From positions 28,582,001 to 28,646,000 of the forward strand of contig OZ024740.1 of assembly GCA_964016885.1 (NCBI GenBank): a DNA stretch of 64,000 bases, in the 5' to 3' direction. This stretch comes from Eledone cirrhosa (Eukaryota). The notes beneath the pieces were generated by a model. The model worked only from the letters and a program-made list of their open reading frames with translations, had not been told where the DNA came from and ran no database searches. The position numbers were made by a program, and so were the translations under genes. This document shows, in pieces, positions 45,501 to 59,400 of the stretch (positions are counted from its first letter, which is position 1; the number at the start of each line of letters is the position of its first letter).

Positions 45501-48500
45501 ACTGTGTTAACAGCTGTCTTATATATGTATCTACTGTGTTAACAGCTGTGTTATATATGTGTCTACTGTGTCAACAGCTGTCTTATATATGTGTCTACTG
45601 TGTTAAGAGCTGTCTTATATATGTGTCTACTGTGTTAACAGCTGTCTTACCTATGTGGGTACTGTGTCAACAGCTGTGTTATATATGTGTCTACTGTGTT
45701 AACAGCTGTCTTATATATGTGTCTACTGTGTTAACAGCTGTCTTATATATGTGTCTTCTGTGTTAACAGCTGTCTTATATATGTGTCTACTGTGTTAACA
45801 GCTGTGTTATATATGTGTCTACTGTGTCAACAGCTGTGTTATATATGTGTCTACTGTGTTAACAGCTGTCTTACATATGTGTGTACTGTGTCAACAGCTG
45901 TGTTATATATGTGTCTACTGTGTTAACAGCTGTGTTATATATGTGTCTACTGTGCTAACAGCTGTCTTATATATGTGTCTACTGTGTTAACAGATGTCTT
46001 ATATATGTGTCTACTGTGCTAACAGCTGTCTTATATATGTGTCTACTGTGTCAACAGCTGTCTTATATATGTGTCTACTGTGTTAACAGCTGTGTTATAT
46101 ATGTGTCTACTGTTTCAACATCTGTCTTATATATGCGTCTACTGTGTTAACAGCTGTCTTATATATGTGTCTACTGTGTTAACAGCTGTCTTATATATGC
46201 GTCTACTGTGTCAACAGCTGTCTTATATATGCGTCTACTGTGTTAACTGCTGTGTTATATATGTGTCTACTGTGTTAACAGCTGTCTTATATATGTGTCT
46301 ACTGTGTTAACAGCTGTGTTATATATGTGTCTACTGTGCTAACAGCTGTCTTATATATGTGTCTACTGTGTTAACAGATGTCTTATATATGTGTCTACTG
46401 TGCTAACAGCTGTCTTATATATGTGTCTACTGTGTTAACAGATGTCTTATATATGTGTCTACTGTGTTAACAGCTGTGTTATATATGTGTCTACTGTGTC
46501 AACAGCTGTGTTAGATATGTGTCTACTGTGTTAACAGCTGTCTTACATATGTGTGTACTGTGTCAACAGCTCTGTTATATATGTGTCTACTGTGTTAACA
46601 GCTGTCTTATATATGTGTCTACTGTGTTAACAGCTGTCTTATATATGTGTCTTCTGTGTTAACAGCTGTCTTATATATGTGTCTACTGTGTCAACAGCTG
46701 TGTTATATATGTGTCTACTGTGTTAACAGCTATCTTATATATGTGTCTACTGTGCTAACAGCCGTCTTATATATGTGTCTACTGTGTTAACTGATGTCTT
46801 ATATATGTGTCTACTGTGCTAACAGCTGTCTTATATATGTGTCTACTGTGTTAACAGATGTCTTATATATGTGTCTACTGTGTTAACAGCTGTGTTATAT
46901 ATGTGTCTACTGTGTCAACAGCTGTCTTATATATGTGTCTACTGTGTTAACAGCTGTGTTATATATGTGTGTACTGTGCTAACAGCTGTCTTATATATGT
47001 GTCTACTGTGTTAACAGCTGTCTTATATATGTCTCTACTGTGTTAACAGCTGTCTTATATATGTGTCTTCTGTGTTAACAGCTGTCTTATATATGCGTCT
47101 ACTGTGTTAACAGCTGTCTTATATATGTGTCTACCGTGTCAACATCTGTCTTATATATGCGTCTACTGTGTTAACAGCTGTCTTATATATGTGTCTACTG
47201 TGTTAACAGCTGTCTTATATATGCGTCTACTGTGTCAACAGCTGTCTTATATATGCGTCTACTGTGTTAACTGCTGTGTTATATATGTGTCTACTGTGTT
47301 AACAGCTGTCTTATATATGTGTCTACTGTGTTAACAGCTGTCTTATATATGTGTCTACTGTGTTAACAGCTGTCTTAAATATGTGTCTACTGTGTTAACA
47401 GCTGTCTTATATATGTGTCTAATGTGTCAACAGCTGTCTTATATATGTGTCTACTGTGTTAACAGCTGTGTTATATATGTGTCTACTGTTTCAACAGCTG
47501 TCTTATATATGTGTCTACTGTGTTAACAGCTGTCTTATATATGTGTCTACTGTGTTAACAGCTGTCTTACATATGTGTGTACTGTGTCAACAGCTGTGTT
47601 ATATATGTGTCTACTGTGTTAACAGCTGTCTTATATATGTGTCTACTGTGTTAACAGCTGTCTTATATATGTGTCTTCTGTGTTAACAGCTGTCTTATAT
47701 ATGTGTCTACTGTGTTAACAGCTGTGTTATATATGTGTCTACTGTGTCAACAGCTGTGTTAGATATGTGTCTACTGTGTTAACAGCTGTCTTACATATGT
47801 GTGTACTGTGTCAACAGCTGTGTTATATATGTGTCTACTGTGTTAACAGCTGTCTTATATATGTGTCTACTGTGCTAACAGCCGTCTTATATATGTGTCT
47901 ACTGTGTTAACAGATGTCTTATATATGTGTCTACTGTGCTAACAGCTGTCTTATATATGTGTCTACTGTGTTAACAGATGTCTTATATATGTGTCTACTG
48001 TGTTAACAGCTGTGTTATATATGTGTCTACTGTGTCAACAGCTGTCTTATATATGTGTCTACTGTGTTAACAGCTGTGTTATATATGTGTGTACTGTGCT
48101 AACAGCTGTGTTATATATGTGTCTACTGTGTTAACAGCTGTCTTATATATGCCTCCACTGTGTTAACAGCTGTCTTATATATGTGTCTTCTGTGTTAACA
48201 GCTGTCTTATATATGTCTCTACTGTGCTAACAGCTGTCTTATATATGTGTCTACTGTGTTAACAGCTGTCCTATATATGTGTCTACTGTGCTAACAGCTG
48301 TCTTATATATGTGTCTACTGTGTTAACAGCTGTCTTATATATGTGTCTACTGTGTTAACAGCTGTGTTATATATGTGTCTACTGTGCTAACAGCTGTCTT
48401 ATATATGTGTCTACTGTGCTAACAGCTGTGTTATATATGTGTCGACAGTGTCAACAGCTGTCTTATATATGTGTCTACTGTGCTAACAGCTGTCTTATAT

Positions 48501-49990
48501 ATGTGTCTACTGTGCTAACAGCTGTGTTATATATGTGTCTACTGTGTCAACAGCTGTCTTATATATGTGTCTACTGTGCTAACAGCTGTGTTATATATGT
48601 GTCTACTGTGTCAACAGCTGTCTTATATATGTGTCTACAGTGTCAACAGCTGTCTTATATATGTCTCTAATGTGTTAACAGCTGTCTTATATATGTGTCT
48701 ACTGTGCTAACCGCTGTCTTATATATGTGTCTACAGTGTTAACAGCTGTCTTATATATGTGTCTACTGTGTCAACAGATGTCTTATATATGTGTCTACTG
48801 TGCTAACAGCTGTCTTATATATGTGTCTACTGTGCTAACAGCTGTCTTATATATGTGTCTACAGTGTCAACAGCTGTCTTTTATATGTGTCTACTGTGTT
48901 AACAGCTGTGTTATATATGTCTCTACTGTGCTAACAGCTGTCTTATATATGTGTCTACTGCGTTAACAGCTGTCTTATATATGTGTCTACTGTGTCAACA
49001 GCTGTCTTATATATGTGTCTACTGTGCTAACAGCTGTGTTATATATGTGTCTACTGTGTCAACAGCTGTGTTATATATGTGTCTACTGTGTTAACAGCTG
49101 TCTTATATATGTGTCTACTGTGCTAACAGCTGTGTTATATATGTGTCTACTGTGTTAAGAGCTGTCTTATATATGTGTCTACTGTGCTAACAGCTGTCTT
49201 ATATATGTGTCTACTGTGTTAACAGCTGTCTTATATATGTGTCTACTGTGTTAACAGCTGTCTTATATATGTGTCTACTGTGTCAACAGCTGTGTTATAT
49301 ATGTGTCTTCTGTGTTAACAGCTGTCTTATATATGCGTCTACCGTGTTAACTGCTGTGTTATATATGTGTCTACTGTGTTAACAGCTGTCTTATATATGT
49401 GTCTACTGTGTTAACAGCTGTCTTATACATGTGTCTACTGTGTCAACAGCGGTGTTATATATGTGTCTACTGTGTTAACAGATGTCTTATATATGTGTCT
49501 ACTGTGTCAACAGCTGTCTTATATATGTGTCTACTGTGTTAACAGCTGTCTTATATATGTGTCTACTGTGCTAACAGCTGTCTTATATATGTGTCTACTG
49601 TGTTAACAACTGTCTTATATATGCGTCTACTGTGTTAACAGCTGTCTTATATATGTGTCTACTGTGTTAACAGCTGTCTTATATATGCGTCTACTGTGTT
49701 AACAGCTGTCTTATATATGCGTCTACTGTGTCAACAGCTGTCTTATATATGCGTCTACTGTGTTAACAGCTGTCTTATATATGTGTCTACTGTGTTAACA
49801 GCTGTCTTATATATGCGTCTACTGTGTCAACAGCTGTCTTATATATGTGTCTACTGTGTTAACTGCTGTGTTATATATGTGTCTACTGTGTTAACAGCTG
49901 TCTTATATATGTGTCTACTGTGTTAACAGCTGTCTTATATATGTGTCTACTGTGTTAACAGCTGTCTTAAATATGTGTCTACTGTGTTAA
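41880..49990. repeat. Duplicated ~3.5 kb block with offset 4544 bp (142 monomers)
   Basis: GTCGAC at 43897/48441. ORF pairs 42560/47104, 42903/47447, 43863/48407, 44183/48727 and 45152/49696. Shared rare variants: CTCTAATG, CTTTTAT, CTGCGTT, TAAGAGC, AACAACT. Confidence 0.9.
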
Positions 49991-50459
49991 CAGCTGTCTT
50001 ATATATGTGTCTACTGTGTTAACAGCTGTGTTATATATGTGTCTACTGTGTTAACAGCTGTCTTAAATATGTGTCTACTGTGTTAACTGCTGTGTTATAT
50101 ATGTGTCTACTGTGTTAACAGCTGTCTTATATATGTGTCTACTGTGTTAACAGCTGTCTTATATATGTGTCTACTGTGTTAACAGCTGTCTTAAATATGT
50201 GTCTACTGTGTTAACAGCTGTCTTATATATGTGTCTACTGTGTTAACAGCTGTCTTACCTATGTGGGTACTGTGTCAACAGCTGTGTTATATATGTGTCT
50301 ACTGTGTTAACAGCTGTCTTATATATGTGTCTACTGTGTTAACAGCTGTCTTATATATGTGTCTTCTGTGTTAACAGCTGTCTTATATATGTGTCTACTG
50401 TGTTAACAGCTGTGTTATATATGTGTCTACTGTGTCAACAGCTGTGTTATATATGTGTC

Positions 50460-53400
50460 TACTGTGTTAACAGCTGTCTTACATATGTGTGTACTGTGTC
50501 AACAGCTGTGTTATATATGTGTCTACTGTGTTAACAGCTGTGTTATATATGTGTCTACTGTGCTAACAGCTGTCTTATATATGTGTCTACTGTGTTAACA
50601 GATGTCTTATATATGTGTCTACTGTGCTAACAGCTGTCTTATATATGTGTCTACTGTGTTAACAGATGTCTTATATATGTGTCTACTGTGTTAACAGCTG
50701 TGTTATATATGTGTCTACTGTGTCAACAGCTGTCTTATATATGTGTCTACTGTGTTAACAGCTGTGTTATATATGTGTGTACTGTGTCAACAGCTGTGTT
50801 ATATATGTGTCTACTGTGTTAACAGCTGTCTTATATATGTGTCTACTGTGTCAACAGCTGTGTTATATATGTGTCTACTGTGTTAACAGCTGTCTTAAAT
50901 ATGTGTCTACTGTGTTAACAGCTGTCTTATATATGTGACTACTGTGTTAACAGCTGGGTTATATATGTGTCTACTGTGTTAACAGCTGTCTTATATATGT
51001 GTCTACTGTGTTAACAGCTGTGTTATATATGTGTCTACTGTGTCAACAGCTGTCTTATATATGTGTCTACTGTGCTAACAGCTGTGTTATATATGTGTCT
51101 ACAGTGTCAACAGCTGTCTTATATATGTCTCTACTGTGTTAACAGCTGTCTTATATAGGTCTCTACTGTGCTAACAGCTGTCTTATATATGTGTCTACAG
51201 TGTTAACAGCTGTCTTATATATGTGTCTACTGTGTCAACAGCTGTGTTATATATGTGTCTACTGTGTCAACAGCTGTCTTATATATGTGTCTACTGTGCT
51301 AACAGCTGTCTTATATATGTGTCTACTGTGCTAACAGCTGTCTTATATATGTGTCTACAGTGTCAACAGCTGTCTTATATATGTGTCTACTGTGTTAACA
51401 GCTGTCTTATATATGTCTCTACTGTTCTAACAGCTGTCTTATATATGTGTCTACTGTGTTAACAGCTGTCTTATATATGTGTCTACTGTGTCAACAGCTG
51501 TCTTATATATGTGCCTACTGTGCTATCAGCTGTGTTATATATGTGTCTACTGTGTCAACAGCTGTGTTATATATGTGTCTACTGTGTTAACAGCTGTCTT
51601 ATATATGTGTCTACTGTGCTAACAGCTGTGTTATATATGTGTCTACTGTGTTAACAGCTGTCTTATATATGTGTCTACTGTGTTAACAGCTGTCTTATAT
51701 ATGTGTCTACTGCGTTAACAGCTGTCTTATATATGTGTCTACTGTGTCAACAGCTGTGTTATATATGTGTCTTCTGTGTCAACAGCTGTCTTATATATGC
51801 GTCTACTGTGTTAACTGCTGTGTTATATATGTGTCTACTGTGTTAACAGCTGTCTTATATATGTGTCTACTGTGTTAACAGCTGTCTTATACATGTGTCT
51901 ACTGTGTCAACAGCTGTGTTATACATGTGTCTACTGTGTTAACAGCTGTCTTATATATGTGTCTACTGTGTCAACAGCTGTCTTATATATGTGTCTACTG
52001 TGTTAACAGCTGTCTTATATATGTGTCTACTGTGCTAACAGCTGTCTTATATATGTGTCTACTGTGTTAACAGCTGTCTTATATATGCGTCTACTGTGTT
52101 AACAGCTGTCTTATATATGTGTCTACTGTGTTAACAGCTGTCTTATATATGCGTCTACTGTGTTAACAGCTGTCTTATATATGTGTCTACTGTGTCAACA
52201 TCTGTCTTATATATGCGTCTACTGTGTTAACAGCTGTCTTATATATGTGTCTACTGTGTTAACAGCTGTCTTATATATGCGTCTACTGTGTCAACAGCTG
52301 TCTTATATATGCGTCTACTGTGTTAACTGCTGTGTTATATATGTGTCTACTGTGTTAACAGCTGTCTTATATATGTGTCTACTGTGTTAACAGCTGTCTT
52401 ATATATGTGTCTACTGTGTTAACAGCTGTCTTAAATATGTGTCTACTGTGTTAACAGCTGTCTTATATATGTGTCTACTGTGTCAACAGCTGTCTTATAT
52501 ATGTGTCTACTGTGTTAACAGCTGTCTTATATATGTGTCTACTGTGTTAACAGCTGTGTTATATATGTGTCTACTGTTTCAACAGCTGTCTTATATATGT
52601 GTCTACTGTGTTAACAGCTGTCTTATATATGTGTCTACTGTGTTAACAGCTGTCTTACATATGTGTGTACTGTGTCAACAGCTGTGTTATATATGTGTAT
52701 ACTGTGTTAACAGCTGTCTTATATATGTGTCTACTGTGTTAACAGCTGTCTTATATATGTGTCTTCTGTGTTAACAGCTGTGTTATATATGTGTCTACTG
52801 TGTTAACAGCTGTGTTATATATGTGTCTACTGTGTCAACAGCTGTGTTAGATATGTGTCTACTGTGTTAACAGCTGTCTTACATATGTGTGTACTGTGTC
52901 AACAGCTGTGTTATATATGTGTCTACTGTGTTAACAGCTGTCTTATATATGTGTCTACTGTGCTAACAGCCGTCTTATATATGTGTCTACTGTGTTAACA
53001 GATGTCTTATATATGTGTCTACTGTGCTAACAGCTGTCTTATATATGTGTCTACTGTGTTAACAGATGTCTTATATATGTGTCTACTGTGTTAACAGCTG
53101 TGTTATATATGTGTCTACTGTGTCAACAGCTGTCTTATATATGTGTCTACTGTGTTAACAACTGTGTTATATATGTGTGTACTGTGCTAACAGCTGTGTT
53201 ATATATGTGTGTACTGTGTTAACAGCTGTCTTATATATGTGTCTACTGTGCTAACAGCTGTCTTATATATGTGTCTACTGTGTTAACAGCTGTCTTATAT
53301 ATGTGTCTACTGTGTTAACAGCTGTGTTATATATGTGTCTACTGTGCTAACAGCTGTCTTATATATGTGTCTACTGTGCTAACAGCTGTGTTATATATGT

Positions 53401-56400
53401 GTCGACAGTGTCAACAGCTGTGTTATATATGTGTCTACTGTGCTAACAGCTGTCTTATATATGTGTCTACTGTGCTAACAGCTGTGTTATATATGTGTCT
53501 AGTGTGTCAACAGCTATCTTATATATGTGTCTACTGTGCTAACAGCTGTGTTATATATGTGTCTACAGTGTCAACAGCTGTCTTATATATGTCTCTACTG
53601 TGTTAACAGCTGCCTTATATATGTCTCTACTGTGCTAACCGCTGTCTTATATATGTGTCTACAGTGTTAACAGCTGTCTTATATATGTATCTACTGTGTC
53701 AACAGCTGTCTTATATATGTGTCTACTGTGCTAACAGCTGTCTTATATATGTGTCTACTGTGCTAACAGCTGTCTTATATATGTGTCTACTGTGTTAACA
53801 GCTGTCTTATATATGTCTCTACTGTACTAACAGCTGTCTTATATATGTGTCTACTGTGTTAACAGCTGTCTTATATATGTGTCTACTGTGTCAACAGCTG
53901 TCTTATATATGTGTCTACTGTGCTACCAGCTGTGTTATATATGGGACTACTGTGTCAACAGCTATGTTATATATGTGTCTACTGTGTTAACAGCTGTCTT
54001 ATATATGTGTCTACTGTGCTAACAGCTGTGTTATATATGTGTCTACTATGTTAAGAGCTGTCTTATATATGTGTCTACTGTGCTAACAGCTGTCTTATAT
54101 ATGTGTCTACTGTGTTAACAGCTGTCTTATATATGTGTCTACTGTGTTAACAGCTGTCTTATATATGTGTCTACTGTGTCAACAGCTGTGTTATATATGT
54201 GTCTTCTGTGTTAACAGCTGTCTTATATATGCGTCTACTGTGTTAACTGCTGTGTTATATATGTGTCTACTGTGTTAACAGCTGTCTTATATATGTGTCT
54301 ACTGTGTTAACAGCTGTCTTATACATGTGTCTACTGTGTCAACAGCTGTGTTATATATGTGTCTACTGTGTTAACAGCTGTCTTATATATGTGTCTACTG
54401 TGTCAACAGCTGTCTTATATATGTGTCTACTGTGTTAACAGCTGTCTTATATATGTGTCTACTGTGCTAACAGCTGTCTTATATATGCGTCTACTGTGTT
54501 AACAGCTGTCTTATATATGTGTCTACTGTGTTAACAGCTGTCTTATATATGCGTCTACTGTGTTAACATCTGTCTTATATATGCGTCTACTGTGTCAACA
54601 GCTGTCTTATATATGCGTCTACTGTGTTAACAGCTGTCTTATATATGTGTCTACTGTGTTAACAGCTGTCTTACATATGTGTGTACTGTGTCAACAGCTG
54701 TGTTATATATGTGTCTACTGTGTTAACAGCTGTCTTATATATGTGTCTACTGTGTTAACATCTCTCTTATATATGTGTCTTCTGTGTTAACAGCTGTCTT
54801 ATATATGTGTCTACTGTGTTAACAGCTGTCTTATATATGTGTCTACTGTGTTAACAGCTGTCTTACATATGTGTGTACTGTGTCAACAGCTGTGTTATAT
54901 ATGTGTCTACTGTGTTAACAGCTGTCTTATATATGTGTCTACTGTGTTAACAGCTGTCTTATATATGTGTCTTCTGTGTTAACAGCTGTCTTATATATGT
55001 GTCTACTGTGTTAACAGCTGTGTTATATATGTGTCTACTGTGTCAACAGCTGTGTTATATATGTGTCTACTGTGTTAACAGCTGTCTTACATATGTGTGT
55101 ACTGTGTCAACAGCTGTGTTATATATGTGTCTACTGTGTTAACAGCTGTCTTATATATGTGTCTACTGTGCTAACAGCTGTCTTATATATGTGTCTACTG
55201 TGTTAACAGATGTCTTATATATGTGTCTACTGTGCTAACAGCTGTCTTATATATGTGTCTACTGTGTTAACAGATGTCTTATATATGTGTCTACTGTGTT
55301 AACATCTGTGTTATATATGTGTCTACTGTGTCAACAGCTGTCTTATATATGTGTCTACTGTGTTAACAGCTGTGTTATATATGTGTGTACTGTGCTAACA
55401 GCTGTGTTATATATGTGTCTACTGTGTTAACAGCTGTCTTATACATGTCTCTACTGTGTTAACATCTGTCTTATATATGTATCTTCTGTGTTAACAGCTG
55501 TCTTATATATGTCTCTACTGTGCTAACAGCTGTCTTATATATGTGTCTACTGTGTTAACAGCTGTCTTATATATGTGTCTACTGTGTTAACAGCTGTCTT
55601 ACCTATGTGGGTACTGTGTCAACAGCTGTGTTATATATGTGTCTACTGTGTTAACAGCTGTCTTATATATGTGTCTACTGTGTTAACAGCTGTCTTATAT
55701 ATGTGTCTTCTGTGTTAACAGCTGTCTTATATATGTGTCTACTGTGTTAACAGCTGTGTTATATATGTGTCTACTGTGTCAACAGCTGTGTTATATATGT
55801 GTCTACTGTGTTAACAGCTGTCTTACATATGTGTGTACTGTGTCAACAGCTGTGTTATATATGTGTCTACTGTGTTAACAGCTGTGTTATATATGTGTCT
55901 ACTGTGCTAACAGCTGTCTTATATATGTGTCTACTGTGTTAACAGATGTCTTATATATGTGTCTACTGTGCTAACAGCTGTCTTATATATGTGTCTACTG
56001 TGTTAACAGCTGTCTTATATATGTGTCTACTGTGTTAACAGCTGTCTTATATATGTGTCTTCTGTGTTAACAGCTGTCTTATATATGTGTCTACTGTGTT
56101 AACAGCTGTGTTATATATGTGTCTACTGTGCTAACAGCTGTCTTATATATGTGTCTACAGTGTTAACAGCTGTCTTATATATGTGTCTACTGTGTCAACA
56201 GCTGTGTTATATATGTGTCTACTGTGTTAACAGCTGTGTTATATATGTGTCTACTGTGTCAACAGCTGTCTTATATATGTGTCTACTGTGTTAACAGCTG
56301 TGTTATATATGTGTGTACTGTGTCAACAGCTGTGTTATATATGTGTCTACTGTGTTAACAGCTGTCTTATATATGTGTCTACTGTGTCAACAGCTGTGTT

Positions 56401-59400
56401 ATATATGTGTCTACTGTGTTAACAGCTGTCTTAAATATGTGTCTACTGTGTTAACAGCTGTCTTATATATGTGACTACTGTGTTAACAGCTGGGTTATAT
56501 ATGTGTCTACTGTGTTAACAGCTGTCTTATATATGTGTCTACTGTGTTAACAGCTGTGTTATATATGTGTCTACTGTGTCAACAGCTGTCTTATATATGT
56601 GTCTACTGTGCTAACAGCTGTGTTATATATGTGTCTACAGTGTCAACAGCTGTCTTATATATGTCTCTACTGTGTTAACAGCTGTCTTATATAGGTCTCT
56701 ACTGTGCTAACAGCTGTCTTATATATGTGTCTACAGTGTTAACAGCTGTCTTATATATGTGTCTACTGTGTCAACAGCTGTGTTATATATGTGTCTACTG
56801 TGTCAACAGCTGTCTTATATATGTGTCTACTGTGCTAACGGCTGTCTTATATATGTGTCTACTGTGCTAACAGCTGTCTTATATATGTGTCTACAGTGTC
56901 AACAGCTGTCTTATATATGTGTCTACTGTGTTAACAGCTGTCTTATATATGTCTCTACTGTGCTAACAGCTGTCTTATATATGTGTCTACTGTGTTAACA
57001 GCTGTCTTATATATGTGTCTACTGTGTCAACAGCTGTCTTATATATGTGTCTACTGTGCTATCAGCTGTGTTATATATGTGTCTACTGTGTCAACAGCTG
57101 TGTTATATATGTGTCTACTGTGTTAACAGCTGTCTTATATATGTGTCTACTGTGCTAACAGCTGTGTTATATATGTGTCTACTGTGTTAACAGCTGTCTT
57201 ATATATGTGTCTACTGTGTTAACAGCTGTCTTATATATGTGTCTACTGTGTTAACAGCTGTCTTATATATGTGTCTACTGTGTCAACAGCTGTGTTATAT
57301 ATGTGTCTTCTGTGTCAACAGCTGTCTTATATATGCGTCTACTGTGTTAACTGCTGTGTTATATATGTGTCTACTGTGTTAACAGCTGTCTTATATATGT
57401 GTCTACTATGTTAACAGCTGTCTTATACATGTGTCTACTGTGTCAACAGCTGTGTTATACATGTGTCTACTGTGTTAACAGCTGTCTTATATATGTGTCT
57501 ACTGTGTCAACAGCTGTCTTATATATGTGTCTACTGTGTTAACAGTTGTCTTATATATGTGTCTACTGTGCTAACAGCTGTCTTATATATGTGTCTACTG
57601 TGTTAACAGCTGTCTTATATATGCGTCTACTGTGTTAACAGCTGTCTTATATATGTGTCTACTGTGTTAACAGCTGTCTTATATATGCGTCTACTGTGTT
57701 AACATCTGTCTTATATATGTGTCTACTGTGTCAACATCTGTCTCATATATGCGTCTACTGTGTTAACAGCTGTCTTATATATGTGTCTACTGTGTTAACA
57801 GCTGTGTTATATATGTGTCTACTGTGTTAACAGCTGTCTTACATATGTGTGTACTGTGTCAACAGCTGTGTTATATATGTGTCTACTGTGTTAACAGCTG
57901 TGTTATATATGTGTCTACTGTGCTAACAGCTGTCTTATATATGTGTCTACTGTGTTAACAGATGTCTTATATATGTGTCTACTGTGCTAACAGCTGTCTT
58001 ATATATGTGTCTACTGTGTTAACAGATGTCTTATATATGTGTCTACTGTGTTAACAGCTGTGTTATATATGTGTCTACTGTGTCAACAGCTGTCTTATAT
58101 ATGTGTCTACTGTGTTAACAGCTGTGTTATATATGTGTGTACTGTGTCAACAGCTGTGTTATATATGTGTCTACTGTGTTAACAGCTGTCTTATATATGT
58201 TTCTACTGTGTCAACAGCTGTGTTATATATGTGTCTACTGTGTTAACAGCTGTCTTAAATATGTGTCTACTGTGTTAACAGCTGTCTTATATATGTGACT
58301 ACTGTGTTAACAGCTGGGTTATATATGTGTCTACTGTGTTAACAGCTGTCTTATATATGTGTCTACTGTGTTAACAGCTGTGTTATATATGTGTCTACTG
58401 TGTCAACAGCTGTCTTATATATGTGTCTACTGTGCTAACAGCTGTGTTATATATGTGTCTACAGTGTCAACAGCTGTCTTATATATGTCTCTACTGTGTT
58501 AACAGCTGTCTTATATAGGTCTCTACTGTGCTAACAGCTGTCTTATATATGTGTCTACAGTGTTAACAGCTGTCTTATATATGTGTCTACTGTGTCAACA
58601 GCTGTGTTATATATGTGTCTACTGTGTCAACAGCTGTCTTATATATGTGTCTACTGTGCTAACAGCTGTCTTATATATGTGTCTACTGTGCTAACAGCTG
58701 TCTTATATATGTGTCTACAGTGTCAACAGCTGTCTTATATATGTGTCTACTGTGTTAACAGCTGTCTTATATATGTCTCTACTGTGCTAACAGCTGTCTT
58801 ATATATGTGTCTACTGTGTTAACAGCTGTCTTATATATGTGTCTACTGTGTCAACAGCTGTCTTATATATGTGTCTACTGTGCTATCAGCTGTGTTATAT
58901 ATGTGTCTACTGTGTCAACAGCTGTGTTATATATGTGTCTACTGTGATAACAGCTGTCTTATATATGTGTCTACTGTGCTAACAGCTGTGTTATATATGT
59001 GTCTACTGTGTTAACAGCTGTCTTATATATGTGTCTACTGTGTTAACAACTGTCTTATATATGTGTCTACTGTGTTAACAGCTGTCTTATATATGTGTCT
59101 ACTGTGTCAACAGCTGTGTTATATATGTGTCTTCTGTGTCAACAGCTGTCTTATATATGCGTCTACTGTGTTAACTGCTGTGTTATATATGTGTCTACTG
59201 TGTTAACAGCTGTCTTATATATGTGTCTACTGTGTTAACAGCTGTCTTATACATGTGTCTACTGTGTCAACAGCTGTGTTATACATGTGTCTACTGTGTT
59301 AACAGCTGTCTTATATATGTGTCTACTGTGTCAACAGCTGTCTTATATATGTGTCTACTGTGTTAACAGCTGTCTTATATATGTGTCTACTGTGCTAACA

